A stretch of 64,000 nucleotides of DNA from Bacillota bacterium. GTDB taxonomy: Bacteria; Bacillota; DTU025. Shown here in pieces: positions 39,663-50,308 of the stretch. The stretch spans positions 1,120,001-1,184,000 of the forward strand of contig JBMNJT010000002.1 in the NCBI GenBank assembly GCA_050951805.1. Reading direction: 5' to 3'. Made by a program: the position numbers and the translations under genes. Position 1 is the first letter of the stretch; each line of letters begins with the position of its first letter. The notes under the pieces are model-generated. The model did no database searches. It saw only the letters and a list, made by a program, of their open reading frames with translations, and was not told where the DNA came from.

Positions 39663-40859
39663 GTGACTGGCACGTGTGTGTTGGGGGTGACCGGAGGGAT
39701 AGCGGCGGCCAAAGCTTCGCTTCTTGCAAGCATGCTGGTCAAGCAAGGGCTTGATGTACATGTGATCATGACGGAGGCAGCGTGCGAGTTTGTTGCGCCT
39801 CTCACCTTCAGGACGCTCACAGCCAATCCTGTAAGCGTAGACATGTTTGCCGAGCCTGGCGAGTGGAACGTGAAGCACGTATCCCTTGCGGAAGCCGCTG
39901 ATGTTTTCGTGGTGGCTCCGGCAACGGCCAACTTCATCGGGAAGGTCGCATCTGGGATAGCTGATGACTTGCTTACTACGACGATCATGGCCACGCGCGC
40001 CCCCCGGGTGATAGCGCCGGCCATGAATTCTGGCATGTACGCAAACCCCATCGTCCAGCGGAATATAGAGACCCTTTCGGCGCTGGGCTATAGATTCATC
40101 GGGCCCGAGTCGGGCAGGCTGGCCTGTGGCGATGTGGGCGCGGGCAGGCTTGCGGAGCCGGAGAGAATTCTCGATTTCGTTCTCCATGTGTGTGCAGGGA
40201 CGGGCCGGCCGTCACTTGCGGGACTGCGGGTGGTTGTGACCGCCGGACCAACTAGGGAGCCCATAGATCCCGTCCGGTTCATTACCAACAGGTCATCTGG
40301 GAAGATGGGGTATGCGATTGCAGGCGCGGCGGCTGTGCGGGGAGCGAAGGTGACTTTGGTTTCGGGTCCTGTATTCCTTCCGGCGCCCGAGGGGTGTGAG
40401 ATGGTCAGAGTCGAAACCGCCTGCCAGATGCGGGATGCGACGATCGATGCTGCGCAAGAGGCGGACGTGGTCGTTGCGGCTGCGGCCGTTGCCGACTACA
40501 TGCCGGCTTCTTTCAGCGAGAGCAAGATTAAAAAGTCATCGGGCTTCGGTTCTTTGGAGCTCTCGCGCACGCCTGATATCCTGGCCGAGCTGGGGAGTGC
40601 AAAGGGAGAGCGCGTACTTGTGGGTTTTGCTGCTGAAACAGATGACTTGCTCTCCAATGCTGAGCGAAAACTTTCCTCCAAGAATCTCGACATGATAGTC
40701 GCCAACATGGTCGGCGGTGAGGACTCTCCTTTCGGGGCCGATCATAACACTGTCACAATCCTCTGCCCGGGCGCACCGCCCGAGACATTTCCTGCAATGT
40801 CCAAGCTCGTGCTGGCGCACGAGATTCTGGATAGGGTTTCTGCCATCTGCCACCACTAA
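39663..40859 (+). CDS. coaBC: Phosphopantothenoylcysteine decarboxylase/ligase
   Basis: GVTGGIAA.K, APATAN, APAMN, TAGPTRE.IDPVRFITNRSSGKMG, VGFAAET. Confidence 0.96.
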   Translation: MTGTCVLGVTGGIAAAKASLLASMLVKQGLDVHVIMTEAACEFVAPLTFRTLTANPVSVDMFAEPGEWNVKHVSLAEAADVFVVAPATANFIGKVASGIADDLLTTTIMATRAPRVIAPAMNSGMYANPIVQRNIETLSALGYRFIGPESGRLACGDVGAGRLAEPERILDFVLHVCAGTGRPSLAGLRVVVTAGPTREPIDPVRFITNRSSGKMGYAIAGAAAVRGAKVTLVSGPVFLPAPEGCEMVRVETACQMRDATIDAAQEADVVVAAAAVADYMPASFSESKIKKSSGFGSLELSRTPDILAELGSAKGERVLVGFAAETDDLLSNAERKLSSKNLDMIVANMVGGEDSPFGADHNTVTILCPGAPPETFPAMSKLVLAHEILDRVSAICHH

Positions 40860-40987
40860 GAGGCAAATTGAGGATAATTGGTCCTGATATAAGGGAGGCT
40901 TCTGCATTTATGGAGTAATGTAGAAGGAATACGAAAATGTACGTAGAACGTTACTCGTAGTCAACTGATGGGGAGGCCTGATGCCCT

Positions 40988-42727
40988 TTGACGCGACCCG
41001 GCCACAAACGAATTGGCGATTATTTGCTCGAGGCGGGGGCGCTCACCGAAGACGAACTCGAAGAGGCGCTCGAGATTCAGCGGCGCACAGGGGAGCGCTT
41101 GGGCAGGGTCCTCGTGAAGTTGGGGCATGTGAGCGAGAGTTCGATTGCAACTGTGATCGAGCGGCAGCTAGGCATTCCCAGAGTGAGCCTTGCGGAGTAT
41201 GTGGTTGCTGATGACGTGATCAAGATTGTTCCCGAAAACATGGCAAGAAGGTACAAGGTTCTTGCTGTCGAAAGGGACGGCAACAAACTGACCCTTGCCA
41301 TGGCTGATCCTCTCAATGTTCTGGCGATTGACGACATAAAGCTGGCTACCGGGTTCGAAGTCAGTCCTGTAGTTGCACCTGAGGACGAAATAGTTCGCGC
41401 GCTAGATCAGTACTACGGTTCTTCTGAGGACCTGGATGAAGTAGTACGCTACCTGGAGAAATACTCTGAAGATGCCATCCGGTTTGCCAGCTACGAAGAG
41501 GAGATAGGCGTTGACCGTCTGCGCGAGCTCGTTGACGAAGCTCCCGTGGTTAGGCTGGTCAACATGATAATCGCCCAGGCTGTGGGAGAACGGGCGTCAG
41601 ATATTCATGTGGAGCCGCATGCCACAGGGGTCAGGGTCAGATACAGAGTAGACGGAATTCTCCGCGAGGTCATGGATCTTCCCAGGGGAAGCCATGCGGC
41701 GATCGCCTCGCGGTTCAAGATAATGAGCAATATGGATATAGCTGAAAGGCGCGTGCCTCAGGACGGCAGAGTTCAGCTGAAGGTGGAGGGCGAAGAGATA
41801 GACCTCAGGGTGTCGACGCTGCCCACCATCTATGGAGAGAAGGTCGTCTGCCGCGTGCTGTTCAGGCGCGGGGCCATGGTCAAACTGGAGCAACTTGGGT
41901 TTCTCCCCGACAACCTGGAGCTTTGGCATCGGGCGCTTTCTTGCCCCTATGGCATTATTCTGGTCACGGGCCCCACAGGAAGCGGGAAGACGCAGACGTT
42001 GTATGCATCGCTGAACCAGTTGAACTCGGTTGAGAAGAACATAATCACTATAGAGGATCCTGTGGAGTTCAGGCTTGACGGGATAAATCAGGTGCAGACG
42101 AATCCCAAGGCGGGCCTGACTTTTGCTTCAGGGCTCAGATCGATGCTGAGACAGGACCCCGACATCATAATGGTGGGAGAGATCCGGGATCGCGATACCG
42201 CCGAGATCGCAGTTAATGCGGCTCTCACGGGCCACCTGGTCCTCTCGACGCTCCACACAAATGACGCGCCGGGCGCAACTGTGCGTTTAGTGGATATGGG
42301 GGCTGAGCCGTTTTTGGTCGCGTCATCTTTGATATGCGTATTATCGCAAAGGCTTGTCCGCAAGGTTTGCACGCACTGTAGGGAAGACTATGTCCCCGAC
42401 GACGAGGAGTGGGGCAGGTGGGTCAGGATGACGCGTGGGCTTTCAGATGAATCCGGCTTGGGGCTCCCTCGCCGCCTTGTGCGCGGGAAAGGGTGTCGCC
42501 AGTGCGGCAACACGGGGTACCGGGGACGGACGGCAATACATGAGATCATGATGGTGACGGAGCCCATACGGGAGCTAGTGTCGGGCAACGCTTCCAGTGA
42601 CGTTGTGGCGGAAGTCGCCAGGGAGCAGGGGATGAGAAGGCTCATCGAGGATGGTGCGGACAAGGTCCGAATGGGGATTACTACTTTGGACGAGGTTATG
42701 AGGGTGGCGGCCGGGTCGGAAGTCTAG
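40988..42727 (+). CDS. pilB: Type IV pilus assembly ATPase PilB (GspE family)
   Basis: N-terminal RIGDYLL/RLGRVLV (MshEN-like), ASDIHVEP, GPTGSGKT, LRQDPD..MVGEIRD, tetracysteine motif. Confidence 0.92.
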   Translation: MTRPGHKRIGDYLLEAGALTEDELEEALEIQRRTGERLGRVLVKLGHVSESSIATVIERQLGIPRVSLAEYVVADDVIKIVPENMARRYKVLAVERDGNKLTLAMADPLNVLAIDDIKLATGFEVSPVVAPEDEIVRALDQYYGSSEDLDEVVRYLEKYSEDAIRFASYEEEIGVDRLRELVDEAPVVRLVNMIIAQAVGERASDIHVEPHATGVRVRYRVDGILREVMDLPRGSHAAIASRFKIMSNMDIAERRVPQDGRVQLKVEGEEIDLRVSTLPTIYGEKVVCRVLFRRGAMVKLEQLGFLPDNLELWHRALSCPYGIILVTGPTGSGKTQTLYASLNQLNSVEKNIITIEDPVEFRLDGINQVQTNPKAGLTFASGLRSMLRQDPDIIMVGEIRDRDTAEIAVNAALTGHLVLSTLHTNDAPGATVRLVDMGAEPFLVASSLICVLSQRLVRKVCTHCREDYVPDDEEWGRWVRMTRGLSDESGLGLPRRLVRGKGCRQCGNTGYRGRTAIHEIMMVTEPIRELVSGNASSDVVAEVAREQGMRRLIEDGADKVRMGITTLDEVMRVAAGSEV

Positions 42728-42781
42728 GCGATTCCATCTGTACATATGGGGCTTTTGCTTTTCGGGAGAGTGATATCATAG

Positions 42782-43873
42782 GTGACTGATAGCTTGAAGA
42801 TAGACGGATTGCTTATGGAGGCGGTAAATCTCGGGGCTTCAGACCTTCACCTCACTACAGGGCTTCCTCCAATGGTGAGGGTGAGCGGAGCTTTGAAAGC
42901 CCTGGAAGGGCATCTTCCACTCAAACCGGCTGATACTCGCGAAATGATGTACAGCATCATGAAGCCGGACATTCGGGAGAGGTATGAGGCGGCGGGAGAG
43001 GTCGACTTCTCCCACGGTATGCCGGGGGTTGCCAGGTTCAGGGTGAACGCTTATACGCAGCGTGGCTCTGTGGGGGCAGCGTTCAGGGTCATTCCAACAA
43101 GGATCAGGTCCTTGGAGGAACTTGGCCTTCCGCCTGTGGTGAAGACGTTTGCCGACAAGACCAGGGGGATGGTGCTGGTTACCGGTCCCACGGGAAGCGG
43201 AAAGTCGACGACCCTGGCCTCTCTCATTGACATAATCAATTCGGAGCGGGCGTGCCACGTGATCACCTTGGAGGACCCCATAGAGTACCTTCACAAGCAC
43301 CGAAAGAGCATGATCAACCAGAGGGAAGTGGGGACGGACACCAAGTCTTTTGCGGCGGCGCTCAGGGCTGCCCTCAGGGAGGATCCTGATGTTATCCTCG
43401 TGGGGGAGATGCGGGATCTGGAAACGACTTCTATCGCTCTCACAGCGGCTGAAACAGGGCACCTTGTATTTGCCACGCTGCACACAAACGACACGGTGCA
43501 GACTGTGGACAGGATCATTGACCAGTACCCTCCCCACCAGCAGCAGCAGGTGAGGGTTCAGCTTGCGGCGGTACTGCAGGGAGTGGTATCCCAGATTCTG
43601 CTGCCCCGGGCTGATGGCCAGGGAAGGATCGTGGCGGTGGAGGTTCTAGTGGCGAACCCCGCTGTGCGCAACCTTATTCGCGAGGGGAAGACCCATCAGA
43701 TTTATTCAGTGCTTCAGACAGGCGCAAAACAAGGGATGATAAGCCTCGACATGTACCTCGTAGATATGGCGAAACGTGGGATCATTACGTACGATGATGC
43801 GCTGAGCCATGCGACGAACCCTGATGAGATGAGGCGGCTCGGTCAATTCGCTCAGCCGACGATGAGGCTGTAG
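42782..43873 (+). CDS. pilT: Type IV pilus retraction ATPase
   Basis: ASDLHL, GPTGSGKSTT, ALREDPD, AETGHLV..TLHT, AVRNLIRE motif. Confidence 0.95.
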   Translation: MTDSLKIDGLLMEAVNLGASDLHLTTGLPPMVRVSGALKALEGHLPLKPADTREMMYSIMKPDIRERYEAAGEVDFSHGMPGVARFRVNAYTQRGSVGAAFRVIPTRIRSLEELGLPPVVKTFADKTRGMVLVTGPTGSGKSTTLASLIDIINSERACHVITLEDPIEYLHKHRKSMINQREVGTDTKSFAAALRAALREDPDVILVGEMRDLETTSIALTAAETGHLVFATLHTNDTVQTVDRIIDQYPPHQQQQVRVQLAAVLQGVVSQILLPRADGQGRIVAVEVLVANPAVRNLIREGKTHQIYSVLQTGAKQGMISLDMYLVDMAKRGIITYDDALSHATNPDEMRRLGQFAQPTMRL

Positions 43874-43891
43874 ACGGGGGGGTGAGGGGAA

Positions 43892-45127
43892 GTGGCAAGT
43901 CTCTCTTGGTCGTATCGTGGGCGCGACACGAGCGGCCGGGTGGTTGAGGGCGTTATGGAGGCGGAAAACGCCGAAGTAGTTGCCGAACGCCTTCGGTCGC
44001 AGGGCTACATTCCTGTGATGATAACTCAGGCGAGGCGATCGGTGTTTGCAGGGGATGCGACGACTGCTTCAGATAGGAAGGCCCAGGCTGCGACGAGCCT
44101 CGACACGATGCAGCTTTCGTTGATTTCGCGTCAGATGGCCACTATGGTGGCTGCCGGGATTCCTCTGGTCCAAACATTGGCCATCCTCTCACAACAGATC
44201 GAGGATCCACGCATCGCCGAGCTCATCAGCGAAGTGAGGCGGAGCGTTGAGTCGGGTGAGACTTTTGCGGCGTCTTTAGCCAAACACCCAGGATGCTTCC
44301 CACCGCTCTTTGCGCACATGGTGGAGGCGGGGGAAGCGTCGGGAACTTTGGACATAGTGATGAGCCGCGTGGCCAACTACTACGAGCAACAAGTGAAGAT
44401 CCGAAGCCAGATAAAGAATGCGTTGGTTTATCCGATAATACTTGTAGCAGTGGCTTTTGTGGTAATCATGATTCTTATGGCGTTCGTGTTGCCCACGTTC
44501 ATCGACATGTTCGAGGGGTTCGACATGGAGCTGCCGTGGGTTACCAGGGTCGTATTCGGGTATGGGCAGAGCGTGCAACGCGCGTGGTACCTCCATTTTG
44601 GAATCCCGACTGTTGTGATTTTCTGGTTTGTGAGCTATGTGAAGGGGTCGGGGAAAAGCTGGTGGGATCATACGGTGCTGAGGCTGAAGGTGTCTGGCCC
44701 GATAGTCAGAAAGAGTCAGACGGCCCAGTTTGCGCGGACTTTTGCCATGCTCACCCAGAGCGGTGTGCCTATGTTGCAATCTCTTGACATTCTTGAAAGA
44801 TTGTCAGATAATGCCGTAGTCAGGGAGACAGTGGAAGCATCGAAGGTCTCCGTCCGCGATGGTGCCGGACTTGCCAGACCTCTCAGACAATCGCAAATAT
44901 TCCCACCGATGCTTGCACACATGGTCGCAGTTGGCGAGGAGACCGGAGACCTCGATGGAATGCTCAACAAGACAGCCGACTTCTTCGAACAGGAAGTTGA
45001 GTACGAGATCCAACGAGTCACGACTGCAATAGAGCCCGTCATGACTCTGATAATCGGGTTCTTCGTGGCGCTCATCGTGGCATCGGTGATGATTCCCATG
45101 TTCAGCATGGCGAGCTTTGGGATTTAG
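43892..45127 (+). CDS. pilC: Type IV pilus platform protein PilC (GspF family)
   Basis: RQMATMVAAGIPL, AGEASGTLD, ALVYP, VGEETGDLD, IEP repeats. Confidence 0.93.
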   Translation: MASLSWSYRGRDTSGRVVEGVMEAENAEVVAERLRSQGYIPVMITQARRSVFAGDATTASDRKAQAATSLDTMQLSLISRQMATMVAAGIPLVQTLAILSQQIEDPRIAELISEVRRSVESGETFAASLAKHPGCFPPLFAHMVEAGEASGTLDIVMSRVANYYEQQVKIRSQIKNALVYPIILVAVAFVVIMILMAFVLPTFIDMFEGFDMELPWVTRVVFGYGQSVQRAWYLHFGIPTVVIFWFVSYVKGSGKSWWDHTVLRLKVSGPIVRKSQTAQFARTFAMLTQSGVPMLQSLDILERLSDNAVVRETVEASKVSVRDGAGLARPLRQSQIFPPMLAHMVAVGEETGDLDGMLNKTADFFEQEVEYEIQRVTTAIEPVMTLIIGFFVALIVASVMIPMFSMASFGI

Positions 45128-45368
45128 GGTTGGTTGTGGGATGTACCTGGTGATGTGATGGACTTTCCAGGGCGGATTTGGCTCAGTTGGGGCTGCGGGG
45201 CAGGTTGCTCCCGCGGGGCTGGATCGTTCTGAGACCATGAGGCCATAAAGATAGCAGCTTGATGTATTCACGTACATGTCTCGCTCGGATATCTGAGACG
45301 AACAGGGAGGGTTCGAGTGGCTTCAAAGATTATCAGAGGGTTACAGAATTGAAGGGAGGATCATATTA

Positions 45369-45773
45369 ATGAAGAGGGATCAACGCGGTTTTACACTGAT
45401 GGAACTGATGATCGTTATCGTGATCATCGGTGTGTTGGCGGCGATTGGAGTGCCGGCGTACAAGAACTACGTCACCAAGGCCAAAACGGCAGCTTGTGAG
45501 TCAAACCGGCGTACCATAGCTACTGCGCTTGGTATGTACTATGCGGAGGAAGGCGAGTATCCTATCAGTCTTGGCGACTCCAAGTTGGCTGAGTATGTAT
45601 CCAATATTGCGGAGATCTCGAAGTGTCCAGCCAACAAAGATATATCATATGAGCTTGAGGTTTCAGGCGATGAGGTGAGCGGGTGGAATGTAGCCATCAC
45701 TTGTGGCGAAGAAGGGCATGAACCCTTCATAGTATCAGGCACATATGGGACTGATGTTACTAGTGCTCCATAA
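45369..45773 (+). CDS. pilA: Type IV pilin 1
   Basis: Class III signal [25 protein letters not shown]; cysteines in C-terminal domain. Confidence 0.85.
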   Translation: MKRDQRGFTLMELMIVIVIIGVLAAIGVPAYKNYVTKAKTAACESNRRTIATALGMYYAEEGEYPISLGDSKLAEYVSNIAEISKCPANKDISYELEVSGDEVSGWNVAITCGEEGHEPFIVSGTYGTDVTSAP

Positions 45774-46614
45774 TGAGAGTCGTCTGACTCGGGGCACCTA
45801 TCGTCTAGTCTAGTCGGTGCATTTGTGCTCAATCACGGCCTTGCCGCTCTCAACAGAGCGCGGCAAGGCCAGTCGTGAGCGGTTCGGCGACGGATCTCAA
45901 GCCTCACAGTATGCGACTTGGGTCTGTTGCCATGGAACTTGTGCAGTTCGTGCAGTTCAATGCACTAGTAGTGCTCCTGTCCTCCATGGCAGGGGTGCTT
46001 AGCTTTGGTCTGAGCTTGGTAGCTTCTTTCATACTGATTTGTTTAGCCGTTCCGATTGCGCCGGTGCGGTCTCACGTAGCGGTTGTAGCTGCCGTTGGCC
46101 GTCGATGTGTAGGGTGCTTCCCCTTGATCTTTGTTTTTCTACCCATCATCTTTACGGAGATGCCTCAACACTGGCCTTGTACATACTTGCGTCACTTTTC
46201 GCGGCAACGCTATCGGTGTTACTTAGTCATTAATGGTTTCGACTATCTCTCAATGTCATGATACGGTTCTTTGGATCATGTAGGAGCACTGAGGATGCTG
46301 CCCATGTCGAGAATGGCGGGCTTTGCGATGTAGTCTAGGAGATAATGGAGGAGAGGTCCAACAATATTGGCGATGGTGAGAGCTCACGTCCTTAGGGAGC
46401 GGTTCAGGTCGAAATGAGGTTTGAGGGCAACATGTTATTCTCACGCGGTTCGGTGTCCCCGATGGCTGCAAAGTCTGCAGCTAGATACGGTTGCCGCACA
46501 TTGTGCTGGTAGAGCATCCGAGTTGTGCAGAGTCGATGAGTGTCGATGAGCTTGGAGTTCCAGCTGTTCAGAGTCTTGATATGAGGGTACGAAGTTGAAG
46601 GGAGGATCTTGCCA

Positions 46615-47016
46615 GTGAGAAATGATCAACGCGGTTTTACATTGATGGAACTGATGATCGTGGTCGTGATCATCGGGGTGTTATCGGCGATTGGGGTGCC
46701 GGCGTATAAGAACTACGTAATTCAGGCCAAAGAGTCCGCCTGTGATGCAAACAGGCGGACTATTGCAACTGCGCTTGGCATGTATTATGCGGAGACTGGC
46801 AAATACCCATCTGAGGAAGATGGCTTTGCCGCCTTGTCCCCGTATGTATCGAATATCGAGGCTATAGCCAAGTGTCCAGCTGATAAGTCGGACTATACCC
46901 TTTCTTCTTCAGGCAGTGAGGAAGTCGGATGGCTTGTGACCATCAACTGCAAGGAACACGGGAAGTTTACAGTAGCAGGAAAACTGTCGGAGGTTGAACT
47001 ACCCAACCAACCCTAG
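46615..47016 (+). CDS. pilA: Type IV pilin 2 (paralog of pilin 1)
   Basis: [25 protein letters not shown]; GTG 46615 aligns with the pilin 1 ATG and shares the GAAGGGAGGATC RBS. Confidence 0.85.
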   Translation: MRNDQRGFTLMELMIVVVIIGVLSAIGVPAYKNYVIQAKESACDANRRTIATALGMYYAETGKYPSEEDGFAALSPYVSNIEAIAKCPADKSDYTLSSSGSEEVGWLVTINCKEHGKFTVAGKLSEVELPNQP

Positions 47017-47191
47017 ACATTACAGGGTACCCACTCTAGTGTGGTTGCTTGAGTCGTCATGTTTGGCATGAACACTCGGCCTGTAGAACCATGCGACTAT
47101 CGGCAGCTAGAACTTCACAGGCGATTGGTGAACCATTTCATCGAGTTGCTTTAGCGTATTCTACGACTATCACCGCAGAGGGTGCTTTCGT

Positions 47192-47944
47192 TTGCCGTAT
47201 GCAATCCCGCTAGTCTCATTCATACTCGGCCTGGTGATCGGCAGCTTTCTCAATGTCTGCATCTGCCGTCTGCCGTATGGGGGCTCCATTGTGAGCCCGG
47301 GTTCGGCGTGTCCGAATTGCGGCAGGCCCCTTGCCCCGCGTGACCTGGTCCCGGTAGCAAGCTACGTGGCGCTTGGAGGCAAGTGCAGATACTGCGGGGA
47401 GCCGATCTCGATCCAGTACCCCATCGTGGAGCTTGCGACGGGGTTGCTTTATGCTGCAATCGTATGGACCTATGGCCTCACATTCGAAAGCCTCTCACTC
47501 CTCATCTTCGTCTCCCTGATCATCATCTGTGCCGGGACTGATTTCAATACCGGTCTCATACTCAATTCCGTCACGTTTCCCGGCGTTGCCATTGGAGTTG
47601 CCATGTCATTCGTGGTTCCAAGCATGACACCTTTGGAGTCCCTGCTGGGCCTGCTGGTCTCAGGAGGCGTCGTCTGGATCATGTACGCCGCCACCCGGGG
47701 CCGCGGAATGGGCGGGGGAGACGTCAAGTTCATGGCGATGGTTGGGGCCTTCTTAGGCTGGGACAGGGGCCTGTTGACACTTTTCCTCGGGGCACTGATC
47801 GGCTCGATGGTGGGGATAGCCCGGATCGTCTCCGGGAAGCAGGAGAGGCGCGATCCCATTCCATTCGGACCGTTCTTGTCCATAGGGGCTATCATTTCTG
47901 TCTTCTTCGGCGCGAAGATGCTTGGGTTTCTCCATCTATGGTAG
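47192..47944 (+). CDS. pilD: Prepilin peptidase
   Basis: GSFLNVCICRLP, CPNC/CRYC zinc site, GMGGGDVK, IPFGPFL. Confidence 0.95.
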   Translation: MPYAIPLVSFILGLVIGSFLNVCICRLPYGGSIVSPGSACPNCGRPLAPRDLVPVASYVALGGKCRYCGEPISIQYPIVELATGLLYAAIVWTYGLTFESLSLLIFVSLIIICAGTDFNTGLILNSVTFPGVAIGVAMSFVVPSMTPLESLLGLLVSGGVVWIMYAATRGRGMGGGDVKFMAMVGAFLGWDRGLLTLFLGALIGSMVGIARIVSGKQERRDPIPFGPFLSIGAIISVFFGAKMLGFLHLW

Positions 47945-48009
47945 GAGTTTTCAGGTTATAGTCGAAAGATATCTCGATACAGAGTTTCAGAAGAGGGGGG
48001 TGTGTATGA

Positions 48010-49137
48010 GTGCCGTTGCGCCTCTTTTCCAGACAGAGCAGGAGTATGATCGGAGTAGATATCGGCACCAGCCGCGTCAAGGTTGTGGAACTTGTGGGCC
48101 GCGGCGAGGGTGTTGAACTAACCCGCGCCGCCATCGAGCTTGCGCCGCCCGGGGCCATCCGGGACGGCCAGATAGTCTCGCCTGAACTGGTGGCAGAGGT
48201 TATCCAGCGGGGCTTTGCTAAGGGTCGGATTAAGCCTGGCGAAGTAGTCGCTGCAATAGCTGGTCGGGGAGTAGTCGTAAGGCATGTGAAGTTTCCTAGG
48301 ATGCCCGAAGAGGAACTGAGAGAGGCGATCAAGTGGGAAGGCCAACAGCACATCCCCATGCCCATTGAGGAGGCCGTAGTCGATTTCGAGATCATAGACG
48401 ACTACTCGGGTTCTGATGAGGCCGAGATGGAAGTGATGCTTGTTGCGGCCCCGCGGAAGCTGGTGGAATCGCATGTACAAGCTATCGAGCTGGCTGGACT
48501 TACACCCATTGCCATAGATGTTCAGCCATTTGCTGTCCTCAGGGCTTTAAGATATGAGCCTGGGGATAAGACGCTCCATCCCAATGGTCGGTCAGCAACG
48601 GCATATGTCGACATCGGCGCCGGCACTACCGATATACTCATCGCCCAAGGCGAAAGACTCAGGTTCACGAGAATCGTCCCCTTAGGCGGCAACACCTTCA
48701 CCAACGCTATCGCTGAGACGTTGGGAGTTAGCTTCGAGGAAGCAGAGGCAATAAAGATTGCAAAGGGAAGGGTTTGTGTCGACGGTTGCGGCGAACCTTG
48801 TGCAGACAGGGAGGAACAGGACATCTCGGATGCAATTGCGAATGTCGCCGCAGACGTTGCTATGGATATAAGACGTTCCCTCGACTACCACGACCTGCAA
48901 CTTGAGGGAAGAAGCCAGGATGCCGGAGTGACTAGGGTAGTTCTCACAGGTGGTGCATCAGTAATGGAAGGCCTTGACTGCTACCTCGAGAGCGAGCTGG
49001 GTCTTGCGACTGTGATGGGCGACCCACTGAAGAGCATCCTTGTAAACCAGAGGCTAGCCAACAAGGAGGAACTGTCGAGACTTGGCCCCATGTTCGCTGT
49101 GGGTATAGGCCTTGCCCTTCGGGAGGTGGTTGACTGA
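48010..49137 (+). CDS. pilM: Type IV pilus assembly protein PilM
   Basis: GVDIGTSRVKVVEL, actin-like DIGAGTT, LTGGAS, AVGIGLALR. Confidence 0.92.
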   Translation: MPLRLFSRQSRSMIGVDIGTSRVKVVELVGRGEGVELTRAAIELAPPGAIRDGQIVSPELVAEVIQRGFAKGRIKPGEVVAAIAGRGVVVRHVKFPRMPEEELREAIKWEGQQHIPMPIEEAVVDFEIIDDYSGSDEAEMEVMLVAAPRKLVESHVQAIELAGLTPIAIDVQPFAVLRALRYEPGDKTLHPNGRSATAYVDIGAGTTDILIAQGERLRFTRIVPLGGNTFTNAIAETLGVSFEEAEAIKIAKGRVCVDGCGEPCADREEQDISDAIANVAADVAMDIRRSLDYHDLQLEGRSQDAGVTRVVLTGGASVMEGLDCYLESELGLATVMGDPLKSILVNQRLANKEELSRLGPMFAVGIGLALREVVD

Positions 49138-49682
49138 TGTCAAAGATCAACCTGCTTCCGCAGCGGGAACCGGAAGAATCCGGGATAAGCCCGGCCAAGC
49201 TCGGACTGATAATCGTCCTTGAGATTGCCATAGTGGGCGCTTCAGCGCTCTATGCCTACAGGCACTTCTTCATACAGCAATTGGAGGAGGATATCGATAG
49301 GATAGAGGCCCAAATTGGAGCGATTCGGGCAGATGTCGAGGCCGTGGAAAAGGTGCAACGGCGAACTGCCGATATCAGGAAACGAATAGATGAAGCTGAA
49401 GCTATCAGCGCTGAGGGCCTCGCATCGGGCCGTGTTATGAGAGAAGTTCGGGACATCATTCCCAGGGACATCTGGCTTTCGTCTCTTTCAATCAACCCCG
49501 ATGGCGGAGTGAGCCTTGCAGGAGACACCTTCTCCATAGAATCAGTGGCCCGCTTTGCACTGGCTATCGAGGATTCGCCCATGTTCGGCGAGGCTCATGT
49601 GGGGTCTGTAAGCTTAGCAGCTGAGGGAGATTACGAGGTGTACGACTTCAACATCGACTGCATGCTTGATGCTCGGAGGTGA
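49137..49682 (+). CDS. pilN: Type IV pilus assembly protein PilN
   Basis: INLLP motif, TM, coiled coil, IPRDIWLSSL. Confidence 0.88.
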   Translation: MSKINLLPQREPEESGISPAKLGLIIVLEIAIVGASALYAYRHFFIQQLEEDIDRIEAQIGAIRADVEAVEKVQRRTADIRKRIDEAEAISAEGLASGRVMREVRDIIPRDIWLSSLSINPDGGVSLAGDTFSIESVARFALAIEDSPMFGEAHVGSVSLAAEGDYEVYDFNIDCMLDARR

Positions 49683-50308
49683 CAGGCATGTCTCTTTCGA
49701 CGGAAGTCAACCCCAAGCAGGCCAAGACATTTATCGTGCTGATTATATTGGCTGCGGCGGGCCTCCTTTATATGTACGTGTTCGCCCCCCAAGCGCGAAA
49801 ACTGGCGGACGCCAGAACGCGTCTTGACGAGGCCAACTCCGTGCTGACAGTAGACTTGGCCAAGATTCGAGGCGCCGGGAGGTCCGAAGAAGAACTTGAA
49901 CTTGCCATGGCCCAACTGGAGAACTTTGAGCGCCTTATTCCCCGAGAAGACAGAATACACTACGTCCTCCGCGATATGGAGTCAGTCGCCCTGTCCAACC
50001 ATGTTGCCATTGACAGCCTCACCATCGCCTCCGGCATGCCGCGGGGGCAGTACGTCGAGATACCAATGACCTTGAACGTTTCCGGAACATACAACAACAT
50101 AATCGGCTTTCTGGACGGAATTGCAGACATTGAGCGGGTCATGAATGTGCACAGCCTTTCTTTTGGAGGGGGGCGAGAACTCTGGCGTGAAGGCGGTGGA
50201 ACCCAGGATCGAGCGGTCCGTTCGCCAGATGCTTATATATCTTCAACAATTCAGGTAACGACATACGCCAGGCCGAGGGGTGATGATCAGGTTGGCGCTG
50301 GATCTTAG
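49679..50308 (+). CDS. pilO: Type IV pilus assembly protein PilO
   Basis: TM plus coiled coil, YVEIPMTLNVSGTYNNIIGFLDGI..IERVMNV. Confidence 0.85.
   Translation: MTGMSLSTEVNPKQAKTFIVLIILAAAGLLYMYVFAPQARKLADARTRLDEANSVLTVDLAKIRGAGRSEEELELAMAQLENFERLIPREDRIHYVLRDMESVALSNHVAIDSLTIASGMPRGQYVEIPMTLNVSGTYNNIIGFLDGIADIERVMNVHSLSFGGGRELWREGGGTQDRAVRSPDAYISSTIQVTTYARPRGDDQVGAGS

Noticed and set aside
45128-45368. Possible c-di-GMP riboswitch ahead of pilin 1
   Set aside because: Neither class I nor class II conserved motifs were visible
45875-46261. 128-aa hydrophobic ORF between the pilins
   Set aside because: No clear RBS, no pilin signal, no family resemblance
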